A DNA stretch of 64,000 nucleotides from Chrysomallon squamiferum (lineage: Eukaryota > Animalia > Mollusca), in NCBI GenBank assembly GCA_012295275.1, contig CM022674.1:11594001-11658000 (forward strand). The letters are read 5' to 3'. The notes beneath the pieces are model-generated. The model did not search any database, was not told where the DNA came from, and was given only the letters and a program-made list of their open reading frames with translations. Both the position numbers and the translations under genes were made by a program. Each line of letters begins with the position of its first letter. The first letter of the stretch is position 1. Shown one piece after another: positions 1-14,401 of this stretch.

Positions 1-254
1 ACTGATTACTAGTGTGTTATAAAATCTTTATTCAGGGCTAAAGATTTCACAACAAAAATTCATACTTGTATATGTATTGTCATTTGACTCTTAATTAAAA
101 TCTTTAAACTGATAGTTGAATTATGTAACTGACAATTTTAAACGTACTCATGTTCTCTTTCGTTTATGAAATTTCAATTAGAGTACACTGCTATGAAAAT
201 ATGAAAACATTTTTTAATGATTATATTAAACCTGTTTTTGTAATTAACGTGTAG

Positions 255-385
255 TTAAGAATCAAAGCGATGAGAGAAGAAACACACTATAGCCATGATA
301 ATGACTAATATAGTTCATTTAGCAAGAAGTGTTCATTCACATAAACCTTCCCAAAGGTGGGAAAGCACAAACGAAACCCTGCAAT
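255..385 (+). mobile_element. Degenerate SINE fragment resembling the mollusc MetaSINE central domain
   Basis: gagagaagaaacacact...tagcaagaagtgttc...ccttcccaaaggtgggaaagcaca resembles my recollection of the Meta-domain consensus (gagaggaaacccgctg...tagcagcaaggg...atcccacagacaggatagcaca). Judged by eye only. Confidence 0.35.
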
Positions 386-1112
386 AGAAATCTTTTTGGA
401 TCTGACAAAAACGTATCATACGTGGTACCACGTGAATTCTTTACTTGATTAAAGTCAAAGTTTTTACTTACTTAACTACCAACACAGGCGCAGACATCTA
501 AGTCTCTTCAGGTTTTATTATCAGGACAAGTTTACATTTGTGTATATTTATTAAAACGTCTCTCCTCTCCAATATTCTGTTAAATTCTTTGGCTCCAGGA
601 TTGTGTATGTTCAGTGCAGGCGTATTTGTCCTTTCAGATCTCTGAATGTTTGTATAACCTGTCGACTAATTAAACAATGATATGTGTTGTAGCGTAATTA
701 AAAAGCCAAAAATATTAACTATCTTATTTTATCCGTTTAACGAAGCATTTTGTTATATTACTACTATTATTACCTCTGCTGTTACTACTACTACTGCTGC
801 TGTTATTTCTTCTAATACAACAATAACAACTATAATACTACTAATACTACCAGTGCTTATAGTAGTAGTAGTAGTAGTAATAATAATAATAACAACAACA
901 ACAATATTAGTAATAATAATAATTATGATCATCATCATTTTTGTGATAGTAATAATAATAAGAAAAGATCAAAAACAGCAATAACAGCAACAAAAATTAT
1001 AATAATAATAACAACAACAACAAAGGTTATGATGATAATGATAATAACGATAATAATAACGATGATGATAATGAAAATAATAACAACAACATCAACAACA
1101 ACCACAATAATG

Positions 1113-1144
<32 letters not shown>

Positions 1145-1353
1145 AATAATAACAACAACAATAACAACAACAACAACAACTACAGCTGATGCTGATTTGT
1201 TTTAAAAATAAAAGTGAAACTAAGAATATAAATATATAAATATATATTTTTTGTTAAAATTAACGACATCCGTCACAGTGTTGTATTTATGTTGACACTG
1301 ATGTCGCTGTTATCATACGGCGATTTTCTAAATAGGTATTTCCTGCTCGTAAG

Positions 1354-1360
1354 TATAAAT
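1354..1360 (+). promoter_or_regulatory. TATA box of secreted mini-protein gene copy 1
   Basis: TATAAAT lies 74 nt upstream of ATG 1428. Equivalent agTATAAA boxes precede the other two paralogs (6090 on +, 9614 on -). Confidence 0.55.
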
Positions 1361-1427
1361 ACAACGTTAATTAAATTCAAACGTCAAAATTAAGCACGCT
1401 TTAGATAAGAAATAATATACATTCAAC

Positions 1428-1980
<553 letters not shown>

Positions 1981-3375
1981 AAAACATTTTTTATTAGAAT
2001 GTGTATTTAAGTTTATCGGTAGAAAAGGTTTACAATGAATAATAAAATACTATATATTTTTAATCTTGAGTATTTTTTGTTGTTGCTTACTACGTCTATA
2101 TAAAGATTATAAAAAAAAAAAACGAAAAAGAAACCAATACCCCCCAAAAAAACCAACAACCCCCCCCAACAATTAATTAAAAATATCGGGATTTAGTTAT
2201 AGAAGCAAATATCTATTTAAATACAGGTTTATAAGAGATCAGATTTAGAGATTTAAATAATTCTGAAACTATTAGAAAATGAAAAACCTCTGCATACCAT
2301 AAACAACCACAGTATATAAATATTATAAACATGAATACACACACAAACATACATACTCCCATGCAATCAAACATATACACATATACACTCATATACAAAT
2401 GCACATACAGACAACACACACATACCATTGAGGAAGTATGTTTGGGTATGCTGCGTACTATTGCACTGTTCACTTATGTGTGTGTATTTGCCTGCCTGCG
2501 CGTGTGTGTGTGCGTGAAAAACAACAAGTTTAAACAAATACAGTTCATGATAGTTTGTAATAAATATAGGAATACATTTTGACCAATTAAAATTCATTAT
2601 GATACAAAATACTACAATACTCTCTCTGTTGTTTACTTCAGTTTACGTCAGCTTTGTGAAATATATATCTTAATTTTAAATCAAATAATCCCACCACAAA
2701 CAACAAATCTATGAAGATCAAATAAGTTAATTAATGTGATTTTATATTTACTATTACAATATTTATTTATTACTTAACAATAAATAATTTCTGTAACGAT
2801 TTTAATAAATGTAAATTAAGTATTTATATATACAGTTTTAAGTTTCAAACACACACACACATACACACGCACACACGCACACATCAGCATAGGTATAGGC
2901 GTATTTACCATTACAAACAAATAAAAACAAATAGGTTCATATGTGTGTAAGAGTTGTAACTCTTCAAAATAAATAAATAAATAAATAAATAAATAAAAAA
3001 AAACAAATAATGGTATGATCTGCATAACATGACGTCACATGATATGATACGTCATACCTAAAGAGATAACTTGAAATGACACGACATGATGTGACTTAAT
3101 ATGAAATGATATAACACAGTATGACATGAATTGTTTTTTGTGATATGATATAATAACTCACGCATGACACAACCACCATGTAACATAATATGATATCATA
3201 TGTACTGAAGTGGTGCACAGGTTATGATATGGTATGATATGGTATATTATATATATCACTGGGAGACTTGTCTGACACGCTGAATGGTGCAATGTTGACC
3301 GGTGTAGCGTTGTACAGAACTAAAATTCTATAGTACATCACAGACAGGCACACTCAAACGCACACGTACACAGAC

Positions 3376-4657
3376 GGCTTACTGCCACCTGGTAGAATTC
3401 CTAATTCGTCGAACGGCTAAATGTGGTTCAGTGGTCTTACTGACATGCACGTCTTTACCTCAGTCATTATAATGAACTGTTCCAGATTATTTGGAAAGCG
3501 ATTATTATTGTATAAATACAGTAATATCTCGCTTAACGATATCCTGCTTTAACGATCTTTTTTCTTTACAAATTATATAAATAGAAATTTATTGCTCGAT
3601 ATAAATGATACAAATGGATACAATGCATGTTTTCAAGTCCGTTTTCGTTCGTTTTTCGTTCATTCACGCGCTTCTCTCAGCTGTGTTGATCAGCTGACCC
3701 TCATACGTGCATCTGATATTCTGATTGTCTTTTGTCTTCTGCTTCGATTTAGACTTTAACTCGTTTGTAATTTACCCTTCCAATATGTCAAAACGAATAA
3801 CTGTATACCGGCGAATGCTGAAGATAAAAAGAAACGGAAGACAATAACTTTAAAAACAAAACACATTACCTTAAATGAAACCAAAACCCACAAAAATGAA
3901 CCCACAATGAGCGGCATATAATTATTTCTTAATCTATTTGTATAAATTGATTTGTAAATGATTTACTGTTTACTTAATATCAATAATCTATTAAATCATT
4001 TATGTCTAAACTGCTGTTTTATTTCTCGTTATTTCAACTTTTTTTTTTTTGGTCAAATTTCATCAGCGAGAAAGTAACAACTGCTTTTAACCTGAATTCT
4101 ATGTAAATTAGTCTCCCGCTTACCTCACTTAACTATCGGAAATTTGGAAACAATTACATCTTTAATTTGAGGTATTATTGTAGTATGGATATCGCTTATC
4201 GCATAAAGTAAGGAAATATGGCAAATTTCGAAATAATCTATGTATCGAATGTTGTGAATGTAAATAATTAAAAAAAAAGGTATTCATCTAAAAGTATTCC
4301 CAATGACTTGCGAAACATGTATCTTGAACATGTTTAAGCTGAATATAGTTTAATTCGAACAGTTAATGATAACTGTAACGTTCACATACTGAATATAAGC
4401 GAATTACTCGTATGTAAAATATGTTTTTAAAAAATTATATTGCTGAATAAAATTACTGATTAATAATATTTTTGTCGTTTTCTTTTACAGAATCAGCAAA
4501 AAACACATCAGGCCGCTTTTTTCTTTTCTTTTCTTTTCTTTTAATTTCTTTAAAAATTATTTTAATAGATAGATGAAATTGATGTAAAATTGTTTATTAT
4601 TGGTCGCTTGGTTTGTAACGGAAAGGAAATATTTATGAATTAGAAATGACCAGTTTA

Positions 4658-4692
<35 letters not shown>

Positions 4693-5042
4693 TAAGAAGA
4701 ATACGAATAATAATAACAATAATAATAATAATAACAACAACAACAATAGTAATAATATTATAATAATAATAATGTTGATGATAACGATTATGATGATGAT
4801 AATGAGAAGGAAGAAGATGATAATGATAATAATGAAAAAGTAACAAATGAGCAGTGAACGCTTATTCTGCTTTCGGTTGATGTTACATAATCGATTTAGG
4901 AACAATGCGCTCCGCCTCTGAATGTTAGAAAGAAACCAGATGTACGTACAGGCCAAGTTCATTATATACAGAGGTAATCAGGTATTGCGAAATCAGGTAG
5001 TTTTTTCTACGAACTGGGAATTCTACCAGATGGGAAGACACC
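3376..5042. mobile_element. Non-autonomous DNA transposon with terminal inverted repeats and 8-bp TSD (GG termini, Merlin-like by inference)
   Basis: Left ccacctggtagaattcctaattcgtcgaa (~3385-3413) matches the reverse complement of right ttctacgaactgggaattctaccagatgg (~5005-5033). ACACAGAC flanks both ends (3368-3375 and 5043-5050). Confidence 0.6.
3519..4180 (+). mobile_element. Tigger/pogo-derived MITE nested in the larger element
   Basis: Imperfect TIRs ta|cagtaatatctcgcttaacga ... tctttaatttgaggtattattg|ta with TA flanks. An internal remnant at ~3825-3862 translates DKKKRKTITLKTK, resembling the N-terminal HTH_psq start of Tigger/CENP-B-like transposases. Confidence 0.6.
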
Positions 5043-5479
5043 ACACAGACGCACGCACACGTTGTTATACTCTCAGTGTATAACGGTTTCTCCTGAGTAG
5101 TTTGTCGTAGAAAAGATTATTGACGATGATAATGTCGATAATGGTGATGATGCTGAAATGCTGCTGCTGCTGATGATGATCATGGCGATAATGATTATGA
5201 GATGATGATGATGACGATAATGATGATGCTGATTATGACAGTTCTGATGACGATATGGTGATGTTGATAAAGATGATGCTGTTGGTAATGATAATGACGA
5301 TGATAATGGTGACGTTAATAAGGATGATGCTGTAGATGATAATGATGATAGGATGATGATGATGGTGATAATTACTGATTACAGAATAAGTCCTCATCAC
5401 TCTTTCTCTTGGGTTATTTCCACTTTCAGTCAGTGATGAAAGATTAACATAAGAGTTTTGGTTTCCTGTCTATTGAAAC

Positions 5480-5555
5480 AGTATAAATAAACGTTCCCTT
5501 GCACTAACTGAAAAGAGTAACCTATGTCATAATTACAGTGTTTCCACTTTCACAT
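5480..5555 (-). mobile_element. Degenerate MetaSINE-like fragment
   Basis: The reverse complement gaaagtggaaacactg...acataggttactcttttcagttagtgcaagggaac resembles the recalled Meta-domain core. Judged by eye. Confidence 0.35.
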
Positions 5556-6181
5556 TATTCTAATAAGTGCATATAATAAATTAATTCATATACATACACT
5601 TAAAAAAAAAAAAAAAAATGAAACGAAATAATAATAACAAAAATAAAAGAGATAAATAATAAAAAACAAAGAATTCAATTTCTTCTTCTTCTTCTTCTTA
5701 TTATTATTATTATTATAAGTACCTGTGATATAACACTTTTGTTTATCTTGTATTTTATGTTCAGTTTATGGTTAGAAGCTCTGTTAGGGTTTCGAACCTT
5801 CGCAATCTTTGATCGAAAACTTCAAAGAAAACAAAACAGCATGAGTTTATTTTTCCATCGAGTCATAAATCCTTAAAGACTGAGTCTGCGGTTTAAAGCT
5901 CATTGATCACGTAACTATTTGTAGATTAGTCGATCCAGGCGGTCAGGTGGTTTTTTGTCGAGTTTTACACATGAACGCTGTGTTTTCTGAGCATCAAAGT
6001 GTTTGTTTTTACCAACAAACAGTGTAGTCGTGCTGCGAGAAGATGGGGTAAGTATTTTGACTTGAAAAAAGTAACAAAACCAAAGCGAGTATAAAAGAGA
6101 AGAAGTTTTGTTTCAGTTCATTATTGAAAACAAATTTTAGCGTCAACACTTGAAGTTGTTTTTTTCTGCAGACTTACAACA

Positions 6182-6286
6182 ATGAAAGCAATAATTTTTG
6201 TAGCTGTTGTTTTTGGTAAGTAATATATATATTTTTTTATCTTACTAAACAAATAAATTAAAATAAATTAAAATGAAATAAATAAC

Positions 6287-6317
<31 letters not shown>

Positions 6318-6688
6318 ATATAAATTACTTATACTGTTCTGATTTTAGCCATACAACTACAGTTATTATTTCTCTAGTAGTTACTATAAATCTTTAAATC
6401 ATTCAAATTAAAATAAATAAATAACAATAACAAACAAACACATAAAAAAAGACATCAACAACAACAACAACAACAGCAATAATAAGCACAGTGAATTATC
6501 AATTATTTTCAGCATTCTTGGTTGCCAAGGGTGACGCTCACTGCAGCAAATGTGGCGGTGGTTGTGGTAGCAGTTCTAAGAAGATAATCGAAGTTGACGA
6601 CCACGCCTTCTTTCAGCAGCTGCTTGCTCTCAGCGCGGCTGCAGGCGCCGGGGGGTTCGCTGTTGGACAGCCAATCATAGGAGGCTAA
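6182..6688 (+). CDS. Small secreted Cys/His-motif protein, paralog 2 (exons 6182-6215, 6513-6688): MKAIIFVAVVFAFLVAKGDA-HCSKCGGGCGSSSKKIIEVDDHAFFQQLLALSAAAGAGGFAVGQPIIGG
   Basis: Same phase-1 intron inside the signal peptide (G|GTAAG ... ttttcag|). TATAAAA at 6090. The core is conserved with many synonymous differences from paralog 1. Confidence 0.85.
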
Positions 6689-6879
6689 ATAATCACGTGA
6701 CATAGGTAGAGAAAACACTTCATCTTTGTTATTTATGTCTGGGATACGTATGTTTGCTGTGTTTGGCTGTTATTATTATTATTATTATTATAACTATTAT
6801 TATTATTATTATTATAATAACTATTATATTGTTATTATTGTTATTGTTATTATTATTGTTGTTGTTGTTGTTGTTGTTG

Positions 6880-6917
<38 letters not shown>

Positions 6918-6953
6918 TTATTATTATTATTTTTTACTATTACTATTATTATT

Positions 6954-6993
<40 letters not shown>

Positions 6994-8226
6994 TAAATCA
7001 ATTATTGGTTGACTGGTTGATGTCTTTGTTGTTGTTGTGGTTGTAGTAGTTGTTTATTTAATTAATACAATCTTAAAGTGATATTGCTGTTAATGTTGAA
7101 CGACATCAAATTTCTTTCAGAAGATTATTAATCGTATCTCACGTTGCAACAAATGACTCAAACTAATTTATCAAAATAAACATTATATGATTTGTTTGAT
7201 GTTTGTAAATTAAGTGTAACTTTTTTCTATTAACAGAAAATGTCTTACATATTTACTTTCTCTGAAGCAGGAAAAGATATTACATCAAGATCTTCTGACA
7301 TTTAATTTTCTTGCTGTTAAGTGCGGTATCGGATTTTGTTTCAGTGTCATACATTTGAATATATACAAAAACAACAACAGTACAACAGTTGTTACCATTA
7401 TAAAAACAATTAACTATGATAAACATATGTCATAAACCAAACTTTCATTTTATTTGTTGTTTTATAATTAGTTAATGGAATTTATATTCAGTTATTTAAT
7501 AATGTGAAAAAAATTATATAATGATTTTTATTTGTTTTTGCAGAAATTGTTTATCAAATGCCACAATATGGGGAAAGGTGGAAGAAAATGGATGTTTAAA
7601 ATTATTACCGTAAAATCTTCAAAAGAAGCTCAGATATTTCTTCTTCTTTTTTTCGTCTTCTTAGTATTATTTTACTTAAAATTCGTAGCGGTATTAACGG
7701 TAACTAATGTAACAATAGTAATAATAATAATACTTGTAATAGTAGTAGTTGTAATAGTAGTAGCAGATATAAAAGCAATCGAATAAGTAGTAGTAATAGT
7801 AATAATACTAGTAATAGCAATAATAGTTAAATAGTAGTAATAGTAATACCAACAGAAGTCGTAATATTAAAAGTAACTATAGAAGTAGTTGTAGTAGTAG
7901 TAGTAGTATAGTCATAGAAGTAGTAGTAGTAACTGAAGACGTTTATATATAGAAATAAGTTCAGGAATTTTAAGTCAATGGGAAATTATTCACTTCCAAC
8001 CAGTTCTCTACGAACAGTTCACCATTCATTAATTCTTTATCTTTGTCATGTTGTCTTTGTATTAAGCTATTATTATGAAACTATTCCGGGCTTCTGTTTG
8101 AGAATGTATGGTATTCGTTACAAGGACGTTCTGTAGAGTTCAAACTGTATAAATAAACTATATATTTTAATATATCATTTGTTGTTATGTACTAATTTAA
8201 ATTATATCTGTAAGAAGAATATGTGT

Positions 8227-8358
<132 letters not shown>

Positions 8359-8641
8359 ATTAATCTCGTAGAAGTTAACACACGGAATTATTCTATCTGA
8401 ATGCGGAGGCCGATTTTTAAACAATTTCAATTCAGTAAGGGACGTAAGATAACTAAAGTTTTACTTTTTAAATTTTTATTTCGTTTTTAAATTTCTTTGT
8501 TGAAATCGTAAAAAAGCCATTCAGTAAAAAAAAAAAAAAATAAATAGGTTCTTTCAAGATACCACTTTGATGTACCTGTTGAGAAAATAAAAATAAAAAT
8601 AAATTAGCAATAAAATGATGAACCAACCTCATACTATACTA

Positions 8642-8676
<35 letters not shown>

Positions 8677-8760
8677 AGTTTGTATGTATTTGAGTATTTT
8701 GAAATTTACAATCAAGCTACACGTCAACTTACCGCAGACGAAGTGGATCACGTGACCACA

Positions 8761-9293
8761 CTATTTACCGAAACCTGCATTAGCAGCCCCGCCGGCCCCT
8801 CCAGCTGCAGCGGCACTCAACGCCAACAACGTCTGGAAGAAGGCGTGGTCGTCGACTTCAATGATTTTCTTTGAACTGCTACCACAGCTTCCTCCACATT
8901 CATGACAATCTGCGTCGCTCAGAGCGACTAGGTATACTGAACAAAATAAAATATGTACTGTAGCACTGTGATAGATGTCATGTCGACTAAGTATACTGAA
9001 CAAAATAAAATATGTACTGTGATAGATGCATGTCGACTAAGTATACTGAACAAAATAAAATATGTACTGTAGCACTGTGATAGATGCATGTCGACTAAGT
9101 ATACTGAACAAAATAAAATATGTACTGTAGCACTGTGATAGCTGCATGTCGACTAAGTATACTGAGCAAAATAAAATATGTACAATGTATCGTGAGATAT
9201 ATTATAGTAGCTGTACATAAGAAGTGACTGCAAATAAAAACAAAAACTGAATTAAATGGAATAAATAAATAAATAAATAAATAAATAAAAAAA

Positions 9294-9336
<43 letters not shown>

Positions 9337-9559
9337 ATATAAACAATACTACTACTACTACCATTACTACTAATAGTAAAAATAATAAAAGTCTGTTTCG
9401 TGTAAAAGCAAAAGTAAAAGAAGATAAAAATGGATCAAATGAAATAAAAAAATAAAATAAAATAAAATAAATAAAATAAAATAAAACTAAAAATCAACCA
9501 AACAGTAAAAGCTACTTACGTAGACTGACAAGAAACAAAACGAACTGTTTGAAGCACAT
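8761..9559 (-). CDS. Small secreted Cys-motif protein, paralog 3 (exons 9559-9520, 8936-8761): MCFKQFVLFLVSLLYLVALSDA-DCHECGGSCGSSSKKIIEVDDHAFFQTLLALSAAAAGGAGGAANAGFGK
   Basis: Minus-strand ATG at 9559, C|GTAAGT donor, ttttgttcag| acceptor and in-frame phase-1 join. TATAAAA at 9614-9608. Conserved core. Confidence 0.85.
8932..9183. repeat. ~58-bp tandem repeat (about 4.5 copies) containing the 3' splice site of paralog 3
   Basis: The unit gtatactgaacaaaataaaatatgtactgtagcactgtgatagatgcatgtcgactaa is repeated. Each unit carries the minus-strand acceptor (ttttgttcag, ttttgctcag in the last unit) followed by tatac. Confidence 0.9.
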
Positions 9560-10943
9560 GTTGCGTTAGCTGATCACAGATGACTACTCGAGACGAGAAC
9601 ACGAGATTTTTATACTCGACACGAACAAACAGGAAACACAACACCAACAACGGAGGCCAGGAAGTGAAACCCGCCGAATCATAATGAAAGAGTTTTTTTT
9701 TAAACACGCTTCAGTATTGGTTTTAAAAGTGATATGTCATTAAATAAATGCTTAAATAACCAGGAAGATTTATGATTTTTATTCAGCAAACACACACACA
9801 CACACACGCGCACACACACACACACACACACACGCACGCACACACACACACACACACACACACAGGTATAAACTACATACAAAATAAAAACAACAACTAC
9901 AAAATCAAAATAAACAATTTGAAAATTTAAAAAATTTACATCGTTAAAGATATGGAAATTATCCTTTATTGGCCATAATTTCAAGGTGCTATATCCAGTA
10001 GTTTTTCAAATCAAAAGTTAAAATCGATATTATTAGCATTCATATATGTTAATAATAATAAAAAAAATAAAAAAATAAAAATCCAATAAAAAAGCATATA
10101 AAACAAATAAGCAAACAAACAAACAAATCAACAAACAAACAAACAAAGAAAACAAAAATGATTAAAAATTAAATATTTTTTTTTATTATATTGGTACATT
10201 TAGTAAGTTTTTCTATGCAAGTAAATTAATTAATTCTAATTTTGTATATTACTGAGTTTCTTAATTAGAAAATCACTGAATATCATGATATTATCAAAAC
10301 CATTTCTCCAGATTATATTTTATTTTTATATATGCAAGTTATGAAGTTATGGAATTACGATATACGACATGTTTACGAAACGTTGTATATACTGACAAAT
10401 ATAATTTCTAATTACAGTGATTAACTTAATGTATTGTTACAGCAAAAACATTTCTCTAGAAAAGTATTTAACAATGTAAATTAATTTTGTAAATCTAGAG
10501 TATAACTCATCTGATTATGCATTAAGGTCAGTTCTCTAAAAGTAGATTTCTAGATCTAGAGAAAGTGTTTATTGATTTTTATTTTTTATATTCAAATCTT
10601 TTCCATAGAAAATAATTTAATCTGAATTATTGAAACATAAACTCATTTCTCTGAATTATATTCTTATAGTATTTATTTTTTAAAGCTAGAAAATATTGAA
10701 TTGGATTTCCGCTTTTCCACTGAATTCACTATATGTTAACAATTCTTTTTTTTTTTTTTATCGATAACAACTGGATTATTTTTTGTAAATATTCTTTAAA
10801 TTATCTAAATCTTTCTTTAACTGTTAGATTCCAGACATACAAATCTGTTCTCTAGGTTAGTAACATTTTTAGATACGTCTTATTAATAACTGAATAATTA
10901 TACCGAAACATTAAAATTATTACTCAATTTAAACAGGATACTG

Positions 10944-13900
10944 TTAGTTGATTTTAACAAAGAACGGTAACTCGTGAAGATCGGCCGAATAACCGCGATA
11001 CCATCGACCTCCAGTTAATTTCTCTTTCCTAAGAACATCATTCCATAATCCCTTAGGGAGATAAATGTCACGTGATCTAGCTCCCTGTTCTAGTACAGGA
11101 GCCACGAGAATTTTGTTACCGACTAAAAATTCCGTGTCGGTCGTTAAAGCTATGTCGTCTTCCGGAGCAATCCACCATAGGGGTCGAATAATAGGTTCAC
11201 CGGTTGTTACAGAGTTCTCGGCCAGTTTAATAAAGCGACGAATAAGTTCCATGCAGCTTTACGAATTTAGCCGAGATTTCCCGAACGGTACTGTTATAAA
11301 TCCAAGGTGGTATTGATAATTGCATGGAGGGCAAAAATGTGTTCATTTGGATCCACCGAATAAATAATTCCGAGTCCGGAAAAGCGTTGGTTTGGTTTCC
11401 ATATGCATTTCCGCCAATCATATCAGGTAAAATAAAAGGGTATCCTAGCAACCCGAATGTTAATGCAGCAGGTATAATACTTTTCATGCCATTGTCGTGA
11501 CTCCAGGAAGATTCTTTATCGAGCATGCGCAAAAACACCGGAACTGACTGACTCCCGCTACCCACACGAATTTCCTGATGTCTGACGTTGGGGTCAATAC
11601 TATAACCAAGCTCCGCCCACTTTTTTGAAAAGTCATTAGGACTGGTTAGTGGTTCAAAGGTGCTGTACATTTTTGGCAACCATTTTACTTCTCCCGCGTC
11701 CAGTTTGAAAGAACTTATGTTGTAGGTTTTTCGTAAGTATTTTGTCTGTTCAACAAACCAGTCGACTGCTCCCGGGTTTGTCACGTCCAGAATTCCTGCT
11801 AGCTTGCCATCCCACCACGAAACGAGTGCTGGAGTGTCTCTCTGAAATGATTTAACCAAGAACTCTTTCTCAGCTAGGTGAAAAAACGATTTGGAATCGA
11901 GATTAAAGAAAGGATGAATCCAAAGAGTTACTCTGAAACCATCCTTATTTAACTGACGAATCATGGCGGCTGCGTTCGGGAATTTTGATTGGTCGAAATC
12001 CATGTCTCCGTAAGCGGAAGTCCAGCTATCGTCAATCTCAAGCTGGGCGTGGCTAAATCCGTTGATATTTATATCACGTGCAAAATCTAGAACTTGTGAT
12101 TGGTTGATGTCTTTTTTGTACAAAGCCCACGTGGACCAGATTGGATATTTAAACATTTTCACGTCTGGAATTTTACTCGGTTTTGGGATGAACTTTTCAG
12201 ACATTGCTTTATGAAGTTGTACCACGTTGTTAGCCTGGCAGATGGTGTAGTTCAACACAGGCATGGCGTTGGCGTGGTTGAAGTAAGCATCAGAATCGTA
12301 TTTTGCTGACAAACACATCATCCCATCGCCTTCGGGATTCAAGCTCAGATGTAGAGGAACGTCCCACTCAACATGCAACCCCACCCCATTAGATGATATA
12401 AAATATCTGTCCTGAACGGAGCCAAATGTGTCGTTAACAGCCATTGTCTCGTTAGTTACATATGGCGCCATCTTTTTCTGCAGTGTGTTTATCGGCCAGT
12501 ATTGGTTGAAATCTTCAAATCCGCCATACCAGTGAGCGAAGGACATATTGAAACAGTCCTTGAGCTCCTGCGATATGCATGCCAGTGCCTCCCATGTAAC
12601 GTCATAGCACGTGAGGTCAGGGGTCGTGTGCATGTTAATTGTGACCCTTCTGTCGTTTTCCCAGTCTAGACACAGACTGTCGTCTGCTCGAGTGCAGATC
12701 TTTGGCTCGTTTTCAGGAATGTTGAATCCAAGCAAACCAACTCCTGTTGTCTGTCCAGCGTTTCTTAACGTCATTCCCAACTGGTTCTGCTGTTTAAAAT
12801 CATAATAATAATAGTAATAATAATAATAATAGTAATAATAATAATAGTAATAATAATAGTAATAATAATAATAGTAATACTACTAATAATAGTAATAGTA
12901 ATAATAATAATAATAATAATTATAATAATAATAATAATAACAACAATAATAATGTCTATAAAACAAAACAATTAATACTGACTATAATAATGTTAATAAA
13001 GGTTTACTGGAAGAAGTAGACGGATAATAACATTAAAATAAAATAACAAAAATAAAGATGAATGTGAAAAGAATTATCATGAAAGAAACAAATGTGATTT
13101 GTTATTATAGTCTGTTAAATTAATTATTAAAGGAGATTTAAAAAAAAAAATTTTTTATGCCAGTAAATAGTCTAATACTATTATTATTTTATTAGATTAT
13201 TTAGACGTATTTGTTTAAGGAAACCAGTATTTGATAAAATAACGTAGCAAATGTTATAATAATAAAGAGTAAAAACAATATCGCAGGTTAGTGTGAACAG
13301 TTCCCGATGGACGCTCACAATGCTAATTGTAAATGCATGTTTATGTATCATATATAAAGTATGTATCAAGACTATATACTGTTTTTGAAGCGTTTTTATT
13401 ACCTTAATAACAAAATGAGCACTTCCTATCGTGAAACTGTTAGGATGGTCATGCGACTCAAGTTTCCAAATAAGGACACCGATAAACGTTCCCAGAATGA
13501 CTAGCGACGCAAGAACGATAACTCCAATCCAGCGATCAATATATCCTGCGACACCATGTAATTTGCCATCGTTGCGTTTCACCACCTTTTCTGAAATAAA
13601 AGAAAAGGAACGTGTGGTTATCAGTTACTAGTTTTTAAATAGTTAACGCTCTCGACATTTTCCTGAACTGTAGACAGATAAAATCTCCGGGTCATCCTGA
13701 AGAACTGTTCCTCTTTAAAGCCAGAGTTTCACAATATCAAAGACCTTGTTATATATTTTCCTTAAATATTAAAGTTGCTTACGTCTCCTTTATTATAATT
13801 ACAAAAAGAAGAATACACGTTAGAATAATAAACCTTTCTTCTATTACTATTAAATGGTTCTTTTGTGGTACCTGTGAAAACGAAAATAACTGAATTAAGC

Positions 13901-14401
13901 CTAAATTATTGTTAAATGTGTTTACAAGCTGGAATCGTTGCCATTGGTACTGTTGCCAAGGATCAGCTAAATAAAAAAAAAAAAAAAAACAATACCAAAC
14001 ATACCCCCAAAACAGCAACAACAACAACAAAAAAAACCCCAATGATATAGACACACATATGTGGCGGAGAACGCTGTCCATCCAAACGTCTTGACTGAGC
14101 TGTTCTCCGCCAAATGTTACTGCGGCTAATATATCCTCTCCATATATATATATATATATAACACACACACACACACACACACACAACTGAATATAGGTAG
14201 ATAGATACTGGCAGACGGATAGGTAGAACGAAAGAGAGAGATATACAACACCGACCCATTCAAGAGCAGCTACAACAACGACGACGCCGATGATGAACAA
14301 CAAGATCGACAACAACAGTTCCAGCAAAGAAATAAAAGCACAAATTCGTTCATACCTTCATGCCTGGCTTTCTCTAAGTCCGCTTTTCCCTTCTTCGCCA
14401 T
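10944..14401 (-). CDS. MYORG: GH31 myogenesis-regulating glycosidase-like (MYORG/KIAA1161) type II membrane protein; exons 14401-14356, 13590-13403, 12789-10944; frameshift near 11235
   Basis: N-terminal TM segment (WIGVIVLASLVILGTFIGVLIW). Motifs PIWSTW, LEIDD, SFKLDAGE (nucleophile Asp), RMLDKES.W (acid/base Asp), GYPFILPDMIGGN, PIIRPLWW and FLVGNKILVAPVL. Exon phases are compatible. The last ~95 aa are in a shifted frame. Confidence 0.88.
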
